IMG/VR virus record: IMGVR_UViG_3300001528_000192
Coordinates: 64,001 to 128,000 of that record
Length of the DNA stretch: 64,000 nucleotides
Source: a virus
Taxonomy: Duplodnaviria > Heunggongvirae > Uroviricota > Caudoviricetes
Reading direction: 5' to 3' (one strand)
The position numbers and the translations under genes are program-made. Under the pieces are notes generated by a model that saw only the letters and a program-made list of their open reading frames with translations, was not told where the DNA came from and made no database searches. Positions 34,180 through 47,900 of this stretch are shown one piece after another (the stretch's first letter is position 1; each line of letters begins with the position of its first letter).

Positions 34180-36098
34180 TGAACATTGTACCTAAATTAC
34201 AAGGGGGAGGGGATATTTCCTCCCTCTTTACAACATACAGACCAGTTTAGACTCCATAGGTATAGGCTCCGCAGAGTATGAAGTTATCCAATTCTGATAA
34301 GGAATCTCTTTCTATAAAGAGTTCCTCTAAGGATGAGGATAAGGAGGATACAAAGGGGAAGCTTACAGAAAAAGACCTATTCAATATGATTAAGGATGTA
34401 GACGGACTTCCTAATGAGATGAAGTCTATTATTACTAATCTCAAAAGGACTATGGCTACAGAAAACTTGGTTGGGGTTGATACTGGAGAGTTGGCTAATA
34501 CCTTTTTAAGTAGCTTGTATAAGTTAAAGGTGGCTAACTAGAATAAGAAAAGATTTGACGAGTCAATAAAGGATGCTAAAGAGAATGGTAGTATAGGTGA
34601 GATTGCAATTACACTAGGAGGAAATCTTTTAGCATCTGACAAGAATGGTAATATATAGGAAGTATCTTTACAACAATATTAGAGCAATCCAGACTAGTAC
34701 AATCTACTCACTAATTCTAATCTAGCCTGGTTTAGAAAGTACTCTCCTAAAATGGCATTTTCAAAAAATGATAATGCCTTCGAGATTATTAATAATGGAA
34801 TGGGATTTGAAGCCTTCCAAAAACTTCTAGACTAGGCTAAGGTATCTCTTGGAAGCTATAAGTACGAAGAACAAGGAATTGCCGGAAAAGAGGCATTACT
34901 TGGACTTCGTGCTTTACAAAATCTTTCTAAGTCACAATAGCAAGAGTATTTGCAAGGAGCTCTTGATGGAAAATACTAGACAGAATCCTCTACAGATACT
35001 AATGCCTAGTAGATAAAAGCTTTAGTAGATTATCTAACCATAAGTCTTCCTAAGAGGGCTAAGGTATGGGCTTCTCTAAAGACTGGTATATCTGACCCTA
35101 ATAAAGCTACTCAAGCATTAGTTACATAGTACTTATCAGGAAGCTTGAAAAGTACTAGTTCTTATAAAGTGGATTATCTAGGAACTGATGAAAAGCTTTA
35201 GAAAGCTGGAAAGAGCAGTAGCAGTGGCGGAAGTCCGGAGGATCCAAAAGAAGGATTCTGGAGACAACTTCAATCAGATAAGGCAGGGGATGAACAAAGC
35301 TATAATTTACTTATAGGTAGAGGATAGCTCTCCGTTGATGGAAAGTATTATGGAACTACTCCAGGAATGGATGACAATAAGTCTCTTACTAAATATATTG
35401 GTGATTCTAAGGTAGGATACCTTATTAAAAATAGACAAAATATTACCTTTGGAGATCAATAGATTTCTTCTGATAGCTTTGATGACGTTATGGTTAACTC
35501 TGGAGGAGGTGCTATGACAGTAACTCTTCCTATAACTCCAGACGGCAAAGTCAACTTCAGTATAATGGACACTTACTCTAAAGTAATCAATAAGCTTAAA
35601 CAACTTGGGGCTAAAGTTGGAACTCAAGATTACGAAAGAAAGAAGGCAGAAATACTTAAGAGAGTTGGACTTGGATACTTAGTTGATGCATCTAAGGGAG
35701 AAGTCAATCCTAAATATTTCGGACATTTCCTAGTACTAGAAGGAGTTGCAAGTAGTAAAGCTCATGGAGTAGTAGCTGGAAAGAAATAGGGATTACAGGA
35801 GTCTCAATATATAGAGAATGCGTCAGGAGATGATGCACTATTTGATACTGTTAGAAGAGCCTTATCTGATAAAGATAAAGGAGAATATAAACTAGACAAT
35901 AACTGGATTACATTTAATAATGACAAGTTATACAAAGGAAATATATATATTCCTATTAATACTAATCCTCTTAATGCTGCAAATGCAGACGGAAATGACG
36001 TTAAGGAGTCTACTGCATATAGATATGAATAGAGACAACAGGTATGGGATAAACAACAAAAGCAAAAAGCTACAAATACAGCAACGCTATGGCAATGA
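34179..36098 (+). CDS. Cargo/ejection-type virion protein, 639 aa
   Basis: MNIVPKLQGGG start. Track fragments 34278 and 35490 are in frame. Ends in TGA. Confidence 0.8.
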
Positions 36099-39000
36099 AA
36101 TAGAATGATTGGCTTGTTGCATCTTTGAATAATCCTGAGTTTACAGCTCAGGACTTCAAAGATGTTTCAGGAATGACCTTAGATAATACTCAGTTTATGT
36201 CTAAGGATGTATATAAGAATAGTCCATATATTAGAAGTTAGAAGATATTTTAGGACAATGATGGAAACTTTTCAGATTAGAAATTTGATGCATATTATAA
36301 TAATGTAGCCAGTACCTTTAGAGATTTCAGTACAGAGAACTCTGTAGACAACTATGAGTATAGTATGTGGGATGTTAACAGACCTGCTGGAGGTAGGGTA
36401 AAAAATGTTAACTTCAATCTGAATACAGTTAATAATCCAGACCATATAAGGATTGGAGTAGGAGGAATAAACAAAATTACTAACTCTAATAAGTCTAGAA
36501 GAGAGTTAGCTCAAGACAGTAAAATATTTGATCCTGCTACTGGTACTTTTTTGGACAAATCTGTCAACGATATCTCACTATTCACCAATCCTTTCGAATA
36601 TATCAGCTCTTTATTTGATGACCCTCTTGTATATGCTACATATGATGAGGATACAATTGAAGTAGATCCTATAACGGGTAATAAAGTTAAGCATTAGAAA
36701 GGAGAATGGAAGGTAAATGAGGATGGAGAATACTATACAGAGAAAGCTAATGGAAGAAATCTCCGTGGAAAAACTGTAGTATCTGCTGCCGATTACCTTA
36801 CTAGTGAAAACAGTGCTATAAATAAGTATGATTTCTTCGACTCAGATGATTTAGAGAAGTCAGTCGCAGGAACTGTAGCTAAGAATGTAGCATCTATAAT
36901 TCCAATGTTCATTCCTTATGTAAATACTGCATATTCTGGACTATTAGTAGGAAGAGAATTAGCTAAAACTCTCCCTATGGCATATGGTATGGTTGCCTCT
37001 TTAACTGGAGATGAAAACCCTAATAGCTAGCTTGCAAATACTATTGCAGCTTATGGTTAGAAGTTCTCTACCTCTACATCTGACTATGCACAGGAAAATA
37101 CATTTAGTTTTGAGAATTTTGGAAATCTAATGTCCGATGTTGCTCTGCAATGGGGACAGCAGAAGTTTATTGCAAATACCTTTAATAAGCTTAAAGGAGG
37201 TGGAGATTCAGTCCTTAACACTGCAACTGCTAAGGCTCAGAAAGCTTATATGGATAAAGCAAACCAATATATATAGGAGAGTTTGGAAGGTAAGATAAGT
37301 AAGGCACAATTGTCTTCCTATCTTGGTACTGATGACCCTTATAATATTGGCAAGCTATTTGAATCAGGAAAGTGGGCAGATACTTCTCTAGGTAAGGCAG
37401 CTCTTAATAAATATATTCCAGCTGCTGAAAAGGTAATGCAAAATAGAAATAGACTTGCTCAAGATCTCTCTCTTGGATACATGGCTCTTATATCTAATAC
37501 TGATGTATATGAGTCAGTTTTGGAAAAAGGTGGAACTCCAGCTGAAGCTGCCGCAATTGCATTTGGCTCTACCCTAGGTATGTACTCTGTTGATAAATAC
37601 TTGGGTCTTGGAGAGATGTTCTTTGAAAAAGATCCTGCAAGACTTGCTTTAAGAAGGGCTGCTAAAGAAAATGCTGACTTGTATATGGCAGGAAGAAAAG
37701 AGGCTGCTGACTTATCTACAAAGAAGGGTATTATAGGAACTATCCAGAAGGGAATTGACCTAGGTAAAAGAACTGTTGATAAATTTGGAGAGAAATATAA
37801 GGATGGAACAATAGGTATTATAGGTAAGGCTTTAGGAGAGGGTACAGAAGAAGTTAGTGAAGAACTCGTAACTGACCTTACTAAATACCTGGGAGAATTA
37901 GCAGGAAGACTTGGGTACTTCTCATAGACTGATTATGGTGCTTGGGAGGATATGGGAGATAGATATTTAATGTCCTTCTTTGGTGGTGCAGCCGGTGGTG
38001 CCATGTTTGGAGGAGTAGAAGCATGGAATAATAGAAATAATTCTACTAAAGACTTCCAAAATGAAATCACCTATCTCTTAAGACAGGGAAAGAAAAAGGA
38101 CATCTTGCAGGAGCTTCAAACTCTTAGAGATAAAGGATCCCTTGGAAGTTCTGAATTATCTTATGACAGTACAACAAACTCAGATGGAACCAAGACTTAT
38201 ATAACTGCAGATGAAAATCACAAATCCTAGGCTCAGTCTAACTATGAAGGTCTTTCTAATATCATAAACTAGCTAGATCTTATCCTTAATGGAAATCAAT
38301 TAAATCTATCTGAGGATGAACTCTTTGATAGAATGGTTTAGGGAGAATATAGAGCAAATGCTTTAACCGACTTTTTAAAAGGAGACAATGCAGAAAATGT
38401 AAAGAACATATCTTACATCTCTAAATTTCAGGAGGATTTCTAGAATCTTTCTAACTCTATAATTAATAAAGAGAATGAAATATAGGAACTAGTAAATACA
38501 ACTACTGATGAAGCTAAGAGAAAAAGTCCAGAATATTAGGAGAAACTCGAAAAACTTCAGTAGGAAAAACAAGATCTTATAGAGCAAAAGGATTATCTAT
38601 TTGGAGAAGGTTCTCTTGGCTACGTAGAGAAGACTCTTTTTGCAATAGATACTAATCTAAGTGGTAGATTCTTGTCTCTTAACTTTAATTAGTTTGCTAG
38701 AGAACTTACAGGAAAGTCTCTACAGCAATTATCCCCATCTGAACTTCAAACAGTTTAGACTAGATATGAAGCTTGGAAGAAGAATGGAAAGTAGGATCTT
38801 GATACAGCTTTTAAGTTGTATAAGGATATGGAGAAATAGGTTCTTCCAGAATTATAGACATTCTAGAATACCAATTTCGATTAGGAATTATCTGCAATAG
38901 AGAAGCTTAGAAAGGAAGACCCATCTAAGAAGTTATTATAGGTAACTGATAAGTTGGATACGGAATCTGACGAGGAATATGCAGCACTTGCAGCACCCCT

Positions 39001-42000
39001 AGAAGGAGAGTCAGAAGAAGACTTTAGAGCAAGACAGAAAAAACATGAGGATGCAATACGAAAATATAACATTGACAACCAATTTAGATGGATTTAGGAA
39101 TTTGCAAAATAGCCTATAACCTCTACTGACTTCAGATATTTCGTATCTTAGGTAGGAGCGCTTAGAGGAGAATTACTTAAGTACTATCTTGATAACGTAG
39201 CTGGATAGGCAGATAGTGATATTAAGAAACATTGGTGGGAAATGCAAGTTACTCCTAAGGACGGACAAGAAGTTGACCCTAATGATGTTTCCGACATTGA
39301 TAAACAGAATAGTGACTTATATAATCTAATTCTAAAAATGGGAATCCAAGATGTCCCAGCCTTGAAGAAGGCCCTTAAAAGTAGAATTAATGAAACTGCC
39401 TCCTCAATAGTTGGAAGAAAGTATGAGACTGTTAGAGCCTTTTCCTCTGATCCAGACTTTATAAAGTCTCTAGAAGCTGCCTCTAGTTTATCAACTGATG
39501 AAAAGGAAGCTTTTAACATTCCTATAGACTATCAATTTAACAATGATGGATAGATAACTTATAAGGACATAGATGCTTTCATCAAATATGATATGGCGAG
39601 GAATGGTAATTCTTTAGAGGATGAATGGGATTACTTAGGGTTCTTTTCAGACAATTTAGAGCCTATACAAAAATTCTACGCAGAAGCAACTATAGATCCA
39701 TCTATTCTTAATTCTGAGGAAGCAGATACGATAGCTGATATATCAGAAGATAAATATAACGAGATGGTTGGAGAGGTATCCGACTAGATGTTAGATTCCT
39801 ACTTTAAGAATCTTGATACGTTCATAGAAGGAGTAAATAACTCTCCACAAACCAAGACTCTTAATACTCTAGAGGGAACTACTTTTGTAAACAATCCCGT
39901 TATTCCTCTTCTAAATAAGATTTCTAAGTTTTCTTCTAATAGCAATGTAAATGTTGAAGACTTATTATAGGATATATATAATACTTATAATTCTCAAGAA
40001 ACAAATGCAGACTTTTAGTTGAGTGATTCTTAGCTATCAAGCTTAAAGCAAGTTCTTGAAGATTTTAAGACTGCAGAATCATTTATATACGGAGCATCAG
40101 TTAGAGACACTGATGGAACTCCAGTAGGGCATAATAAGTCAATAAATGAGTTTGTGAAGAATCACAGTGATGTATTTGGAAAGACTGAAGAACTTCCTGA
40201 AATTAAGGAGAATGATGCCAATATGCTCTTAGGAGAAATCTCTGCATACAGGAGAGAGATTAATTCTTGGATTAATAAGCATGACTAGAATACTGGTTAG
40301 AGAGAAATAAAGTTTATTAAAGCTAACTAGGCTTTAACTAAAACAACTAGATAGTTCTTCGACTTAAATAGAAACGCATTTAAGATTTCACCTACTCTAG
40401 ATTTACTAGATGGATATGAAGATCTAACTTTGGACGATTCTCTATCATCTATGGTAGCATTACAGGAGTTACTATATAATAATAGAAGAAAGTCAAAAAT
40501 GTCTACCTCAGAGATTCTTGACAGTCTCTCCAAGAGTATGTTTGATGTTAATCAAGTACTTGGCTAGGAATCTGCTAAGTTAGATGAGAACCTAACTTAT
40601 GATAAGTTAACCAACTATGATAAATTCTAGCTATTGGTTGGAGCTATTTCCGCTAGTACAATAAAGTATTACAAGGGATTAAAGTCATTCTTAGATGGAA
40701 ACACTAATATGGCCCCAATATCTATGCAAGAATACGTGTCTAAACTAGCCTATGCATAGAAGGAAAATCCTAAAGTGATAAATGAAGCACTAGATTGGAT
40801 TAAGGCGAAAACTGGCTCTAAAATGGATGTAGCACATAATACTTCTATAGTTACAGGATTAGGAGGAAGTGGTAAAACATTTGCAGTAGCTAGACTAAAT
40901 CTTGGTACAGGAGCTGATACGTGGGTTTCTGGTCCTACTTAGAGTTAGGTTGATAACTTAAAGAACAGTCTTCCAGATAGCACTGAAAAAACAAAGGCAG
41001 ACTTATTTAGTGTAATCTTTGGAGGAAAAGCACCTAATATTAAGGATGTATATACTACTTAGAAGGAAAATGGGGGAACCATAGTTAATTTGAAGGATAA
41101 CCTAGGTATAAAGAAGATAGATAATGCACCTAAACATCTTGTTATAGATGAGGCAACCCACTTTAGTACTCCTGAGTTACTCTTAGTGTCTAAATTCTGT
41201 GACCTCAATGGAATTAACTTAATTCTTATAGGAGATGAGCATTAGAATGGTTACAACAAAAACAATATTGGAAATATTGAAGAAAACTCTTTAATAGCTT
41301 GGAGATCTCCATCCCTATATCTATCGCTAAGAAACGGAAATGCCTTAAAGGTTTCTAATTAGCAGCCTCTTCTTTCTGTAATTGACAAACTATCTATTAG
41401 TGATCCTGGAACTCTTGGAAATACTGTATATGAGCAAACATTTAAGAACATCCAACTTCGTTACTACAATAAAGATACGTTTAGTGGGGAAATGATTACT
41501 GATACAGTTCCATCTGATGTACTTAGTAAAATTCCTAAGGATGTCTCAGTTGGCTTTATAGGAGACTCTTCATCTACTGAATACCAAAAATTAAGAGATG
41601 CTGGATTAAAGGTTAGTGATCCTATGTCTCCTCTTGACGTTCAGGGAAGAGAGTTTGATTACGTTGTGGTTGATAAAAAATGGAAGTTGGATTTAGGAGA
41701 TAACTGGAACAACAACAACATAAATATAAATCAGTTTGCAAAAGATCTATATACACTAATTACAAGAAGTACAAAGGGAACTATTCTTATAGATAATGGA
41801 TTGTCAGACATAATACAAAGTGCTGAATCAGAGTTTAATGGAGAATATTCAGGATTATCCACCTCAGTTTAGAGATTTAGGGAAAAGAGACTTCCAGAAA
41901 TTGAGAAAGCCTTAGCAGACAATCAGGAAGTGTCTGAAGAACCTTAGGGGGATTCTACACCTGATTCAGATTAGCCTACGAATGAACCCGCAGTTATAGG

Positions 42001-44956
42001 TGGGCAAGAAATATCTGAAGAACAGCTACAAGAGGAAACTACGCCTGTAAAGGAGGATGGCGACAACTCTAAAGAGGAAGCAGAATCTGCTTCTGATGAA
42101 ATGGAGCAGAATACCATTCTAAGTAATCCTGTAACTACTTATAGTAGTGTAAGTTACTCTGGAATCAATACAGCAGGAGATATTTGGGTAAATGACACCA
42201 ATAGCACTAGTGACTTAGGAATCTTTGTAAAGCCAGGAGAGGAAGTAAAAGAAGGAAAAGTAGATCTAATGCGTAAAGTAATCTAGCTGAAAAATATCAT
42301 AATATATGGTTCTGAATATTATGATAGATTGCCTCCAGAAACTAGAGAGATATTCAGCAAGGATTCTTTTAATAATGTATAGTACTTTATTAAGGTAGAG
42401 GATGCTGCTGACTCCAATAGACTTATAGGTTTAACTAAGGGAAGTGGTCTCAACAATGATAATAGAACTATTAGAGGAAAAGTAATAAAGTTAGTAGCTA
42501 AACTAGAAGGAAAGGATGGAAAGATATATTCTGTGTCCCTTGGTGGACTGAACAATCCAGACACATGGGCTAAGAATGCTAGTTCTATCAAGGAGGCTAT
42601 AAAATCTAAGATAGACAGCGGAGCCGAAAATTCAGAGGAGCTATAGAGGTTATATAATTCATATGATGATACTGTAACTAAATATTCCACTATAGTAGAT
42701 GGATGGGTTCAATCTAATCAAGAATTTAGAATTAATCCCCCAAAATTTTCATAGTATACTCGCTTAATGCCTCTAGATTCTTCATACAGATTAGAAGAAG
42801 CTAATAGTTCATAGAGTCCTTATAGAAGCATGGCACCTATTCAGGTAGAATCTGATGTCAACATCGTAATAGACGACATTCCAGGAATTAGTCCGGAAAT
42901 GAGAGGTAAGCCTGTTATGTTTGTTTCGAGTAATCTACTACTATCTCCATCTGAGTTAAAGGATGTTTACATCAGACAAACATAGGATCCAACTATTCCA
43001 AAGCAAGTGAGAATGCTTCGTCTTGATAATGTCGGAGTCTCATTTCAATCTCTTTATCAAAAAAAGTGGGTAGAATTGTATAATAATCGGGTAGGAAATT
43101 GTACATTTACCACACCAATGGAGTTATAGCCATTTGCTATAAGAATGTACAAGGCAATGTGGAACTATAGAGCTGGATTAAGCCGCTTTATGGAACGCTA
43201 TGACTCCTTCTGCAAAGAAAATAGTCTAAATGATGAAGATATGAATAAGCTTTGTCAGATGGATAACGCAGAGTTCCAAAGACAAAAGGGTGATAAAGAA
43301 AGCTTAGATGAGGCTCGGTATAGAAAGATGGTTGCGCCCGAAATGCAATCAAAATTATAGGTTCTATGGGATTTTAATGATAGTCTTGCTGACTATGTGA
43401 AGGAATTTAGACTTGGATATAACTCTGTACATGGAGCTTACCTTAGAAAACTGACAAACATAGACAGTAAATTCTATGAACATCCTGATAAAGCTGTAGG
43501 AATTTATATAAACCCTTAGATAGCTAGAACTTAGCTAGCTGTACTTGAAAACATATTTACTAATATAGTCGACTAGATTATTCCTCCATCTGAATAGAAT
43601 AAGAAGTCTTACATTACTACTGACTTAGGAAAAATAAAAGATTGGTTCAAGAATGTTGAGGAAACTAATAGTATTGACTTAGACTTTTAGGAGGACAATG
43701 CAAGTACTAGAAGCACTCTCCACATTTCTGATAAATCTAATCTAACTACGTTGCCACTAGTGATGATTAAGGCAGCTCACTACATAAGCAACTAGATGGC
43801 AACTGGAAAGGAAGACTTTTTAGACTACATAGTAGAAAGACAAAAGGAAGGCTCTACACCATATACTATTAAGTATTAGGATAAGCCTTTAAACTGGATG
43901 GGAATTATTGATCCTATTGATAATCAAGTCGGATCCGATAAAGATGCAGAGTACTCAGAAGGAATACCTGGAGTAATCCCTTACAATAAGGAGAGCAGAA
44001 CTGGACTATATGACTCTAGAATGGATGACCTATTTAATCTTATGTTCCATGGAGTTGTCTCCACACCAGTAGAGAATGACTTTACTAGGGATAATATACG
44101 TGCAACAGCGGCTCAATTTAAGTATGGTATATTCTCAGACCCTATTCTAGTTGAAAGAAAGAACGAAGAATCTGGATAGATTGATAGAACTGTAACTAAC
44201 AAGAAATTATTCTCTGCTAATGCAGTTTCTTCTGGACCTACTATTGCTGTGGATATAAATCCTTACATAGAATAGACAGAAGAACAAGTTCAAAAACCTA
44301 CAGAGTAGGAGGAAATTATTAGTCCAGTACAATAGATGCATGAGAAAATAAGTGATTCTCTAAACTTAGCCGGGATAGAAATTGATCCATCTGACTACGA
44401 TTCTGTAGAGGACTATGTAAAAGCTGTTAACAAGAGAATAGATAAGGGCATTAGAAACTTTATTCAGAACAATCCAAAGGTATCCTTTGAAAACATATTA
44501 ACTAGTCTCTCTAATGATGGAAGTACTACTTTATTGAAAGATTCTCAAGAATTTTGGGGAAAAACTCTTAAATCCGTGGAATCTATTCCTAATGCTAAGA
44601 GATTAACTTTCGTAGACAATGAAGGAAAGGAATCATACTATAATGTTCATTATGATGATGGATTAGTTATAGTTCCAGACGTTGCCGAGTAGACACATCC
44701 AGACACTTTAACTTCTGATGAAGCAATTAACACTATATTGAATACTACATAGAACTTCTTCTCTAACTTAGAAGAGGATGATCTATAGATGTTCCAAGAA
44801 GAACTCTCTAATTCACTATAGGGAGGGGAAATCTCTTGGAAAACATTTAATATGATTGTTAATAAAATGATAGGATATTTAAGAGAGAACTATGAAGATG
44901 AAGCTAATGATGTTATACAAGATTTAACTAATTTATTAAACTCATGTCCAATTTAA
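36089..44956 (+). CDS. Giant virion-associated protein with SF1 helicase-like domain, 2955 aa
   Basis: 11 track fragments share one frame. GLGGSGKT (40856), HLVIDE (41135), IGDEH(Q) (41228), VQGREFDYV (41639), LYTLITRS (41747). Confidence 0.85.
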
Positions 44957-44957
44957 T

Positions 44958-47900
44958 ATGAAAAAATGTAGAGTTCTAAATTATAGTAAGGATCTTCATT
45001 CAAATATGATAGATCTTTCTAAATTGGAATCAACTAATGTAGACGAGTTAATAGAGGACGTTTATTCAGTGCTGCAAGGGCTTCCCTTCAGCACTGATAT
45101 AGACGAATCTGTTGATGAAGAAAATTACACAGATAGTATTGATTCCCTTGTAAAGCAAGTAGGAGCAGAACTATCTAAAGCAAATCTTCCATTTGAATTA
45201 TCAACTCAAGATAAAGCTCGTATTACAAGGGCTTTGAAGACTAAGCTTTTACCTCGTCCTCTAACTAAAGCAGAATAGCAAATATCTGCTATTATTAAAG
45301 GTACTGACCTAGTTAGAGAGGAGGATATATAGTAGATAAAATATAAAACAATACTGTCAGATGTCTATGGAACCTCTAATCCTGGAATGGATTCCTGGAG
45401 GCGTAGGATTTTCGAGGATAATTTAGCTCTAGCTACAATTATAGACACACGTGGAGAGGGAATGATAGTGGACTCTGATAGAAAGTTGAATAACAATATA
45501 ATAAATTATTAGGAGTCTTAGTATAAAATCATAAGAGATTACCTAGTCAAATATCACCTTTAGGGGGCTGATTCTGAGCAGTTTCCTAAGAATCTTTATG
45601 TAACCTCTACTAAAAATAACAAGGTTAAAATAAAAACTCAGAATCACTATAATACCATCACAGCAATGTATAATGTTATTGAGTCATTAAAGAATGAAGG
45701 TACATTCTTAGATTCAATAGAAAATGGATGGAATGAAGACATAGACAAAGTAAAATAGGTGAGTTAGAATAGGGAATTATATAATGCAGTGAATGCATTC
45801 ATTAACCTAACATACTTTGACGATGTGCTAAAACAAAGTCTGAGTAAATTTATAAATATAAATCCTCAACTCAATCCTATTCAATTTACAGTAGATGGAT
45901 ATGGAACACCTACTTATCAATACAAGTACCAAATTGCAGCAGGAAATAGTAATGCTAGGAAAACTTGGGGAGACGATGTATCCGATTCCTTAGAGGAAAT
46001 GGCAAAATTTAGTCAAGTGTTAATTAATAGAATTTCCTTGTATGATTATAAGGATGAAGTAGAACAGTGGGGTCGTCTAGAACCAAAGGATTTTGTTGGA
46101 ACAGTAGTTAAACTTAAATCAGCTGGAACCCTTGTCACGGATAATGAGTTCAAGGATGCTGTAGAAAATTTAACTAAGGATTAGTCTAGGAGGAATGGAA
46201 ATCTACAGACTATCTTCAAAAAGCTCTTTATTGATAAGAACCAGAATATAATTAGAGAGTTAGAGACTAGAGGATTTGATTACAATAACATGAATGTTCT
46301 CTATTCTATATATAGGACTGTATTTGATACTAGAAAGAAAACTAAGCAGAACGGAAGGCAGAATAAGTCATGGCTTGAAGTTGAAGATTCTTACTTAAAA
46401 GAAAATGGAATCCGCTCTAGGTATAATCTAGTAGAGGCAATGTACGGTCTAATATGTTCAAATACTGCACTAAACTATTTACAAACCGTTTATGATTTTG
46501 ATACCTAGACTACTAAGACAGCAGTAAAGGATAAGTATTCAATTTCTAAAACTAAGTTTGATATAATCAACGATATAAATGATAATACTATCAAGAGACT
46601 TGATAGTGCCTAGTTGTTAGATGAATATAAACTCACTCCAATGGCAGATGGTAAAAGCTATTCTATAAACATCGCTGGAATAGATTATCAAATTAAAGTG
46701 AATGGATTGGGAGTAAATCTTCTATCAAAGAAAAATGTATCAGCTAGCAGATTCCAAATCAAGGAATTAGAAAAATTGAGAGATGTATCATTGGGTACTA
46801 GGGAGTAGAGAAATGCTCTGGTATCTAGACACAATCTAACTGCATAGGAGTCCCAACTGGCTGATGTCTTATCGTTCATTGATAATATGCTAAACACTGA
46901 TTTCAGTAAGAATGCGTAGTCTTTAAACGAGCTAGTAATTTCTATGAAGGGAAGACCTAATTTCTTACATGACATATTTATGTCAGCTGCAAGAGCATTG
47001 GTCATACAAGACATCTATAATGATTTTAGAAAAGCTACAAAAGAAGATGGCTCTACCTATGCAATGACAGAGCTTAGGACTTTCTTAAAGGACTCTGGGA
47101 AATTTCCAGGAATCTACGATGCAAGAAATCTATATGAATATTTTAGAACCGACTTTGATGGTTATCAATTAACTACTGTTGATTCTAATGAACCCTGGGT
47201 TGTAAAATTAGCAAATACAAGAGCTTTATTAGCTAATGACACCTCTAAATCTGTTATCTCCAATTTGGATGGGGATAAAATTCCAAACTTTAGTCCTGCA
47301 TTTTTAAGTGGGGATATAAAGACTCAGATGAGAGAATCTAATGAAGCTGGAGGTCCAACTGCCTATCTTCTATTCTCAGGAAATAGAAAGGCAGTACTGG
47401 ATGTAACTATTGATACTGATGTTAGAACTAAAGATGGTAAGGTTAAGCAAATAAAGAATATGACTGAAGGAGAACTTTTGTATAATGCCTTAGTCAATAA
47501 GTTTTTACTTCCTTTACACGAGGACGGGACAATCTTTACGCAATCTACTACACAGTCTGATAAGACTAAGTTTATTGCCGATCATATAAGTCTTGGGGAT
47601 ATTATCATTGATAACCAAAAGCTGACTGACCTTATAAAGAGTCCTTCTCTTGAGTAGGCAGTTATATCTAAGCTTAAAGGGACTATAGGTACTGCCTATA
47701 ATAAAGTATATGATAGAGTTATAGAGGATTACAAGAGGTTATTCCCTCAAGTTAAGGATGTAGATGACATAAATAAAATATTCAAGGGAGTTCCTTCAAA
47801 GATAGCGACAGGAGAAGAAGTAACTATCAATTCTGAAAAGGATTTGATGAAGGCTGTAAATTCATATAATAGAGCAAACCCAGATAATACAATTACTCTT

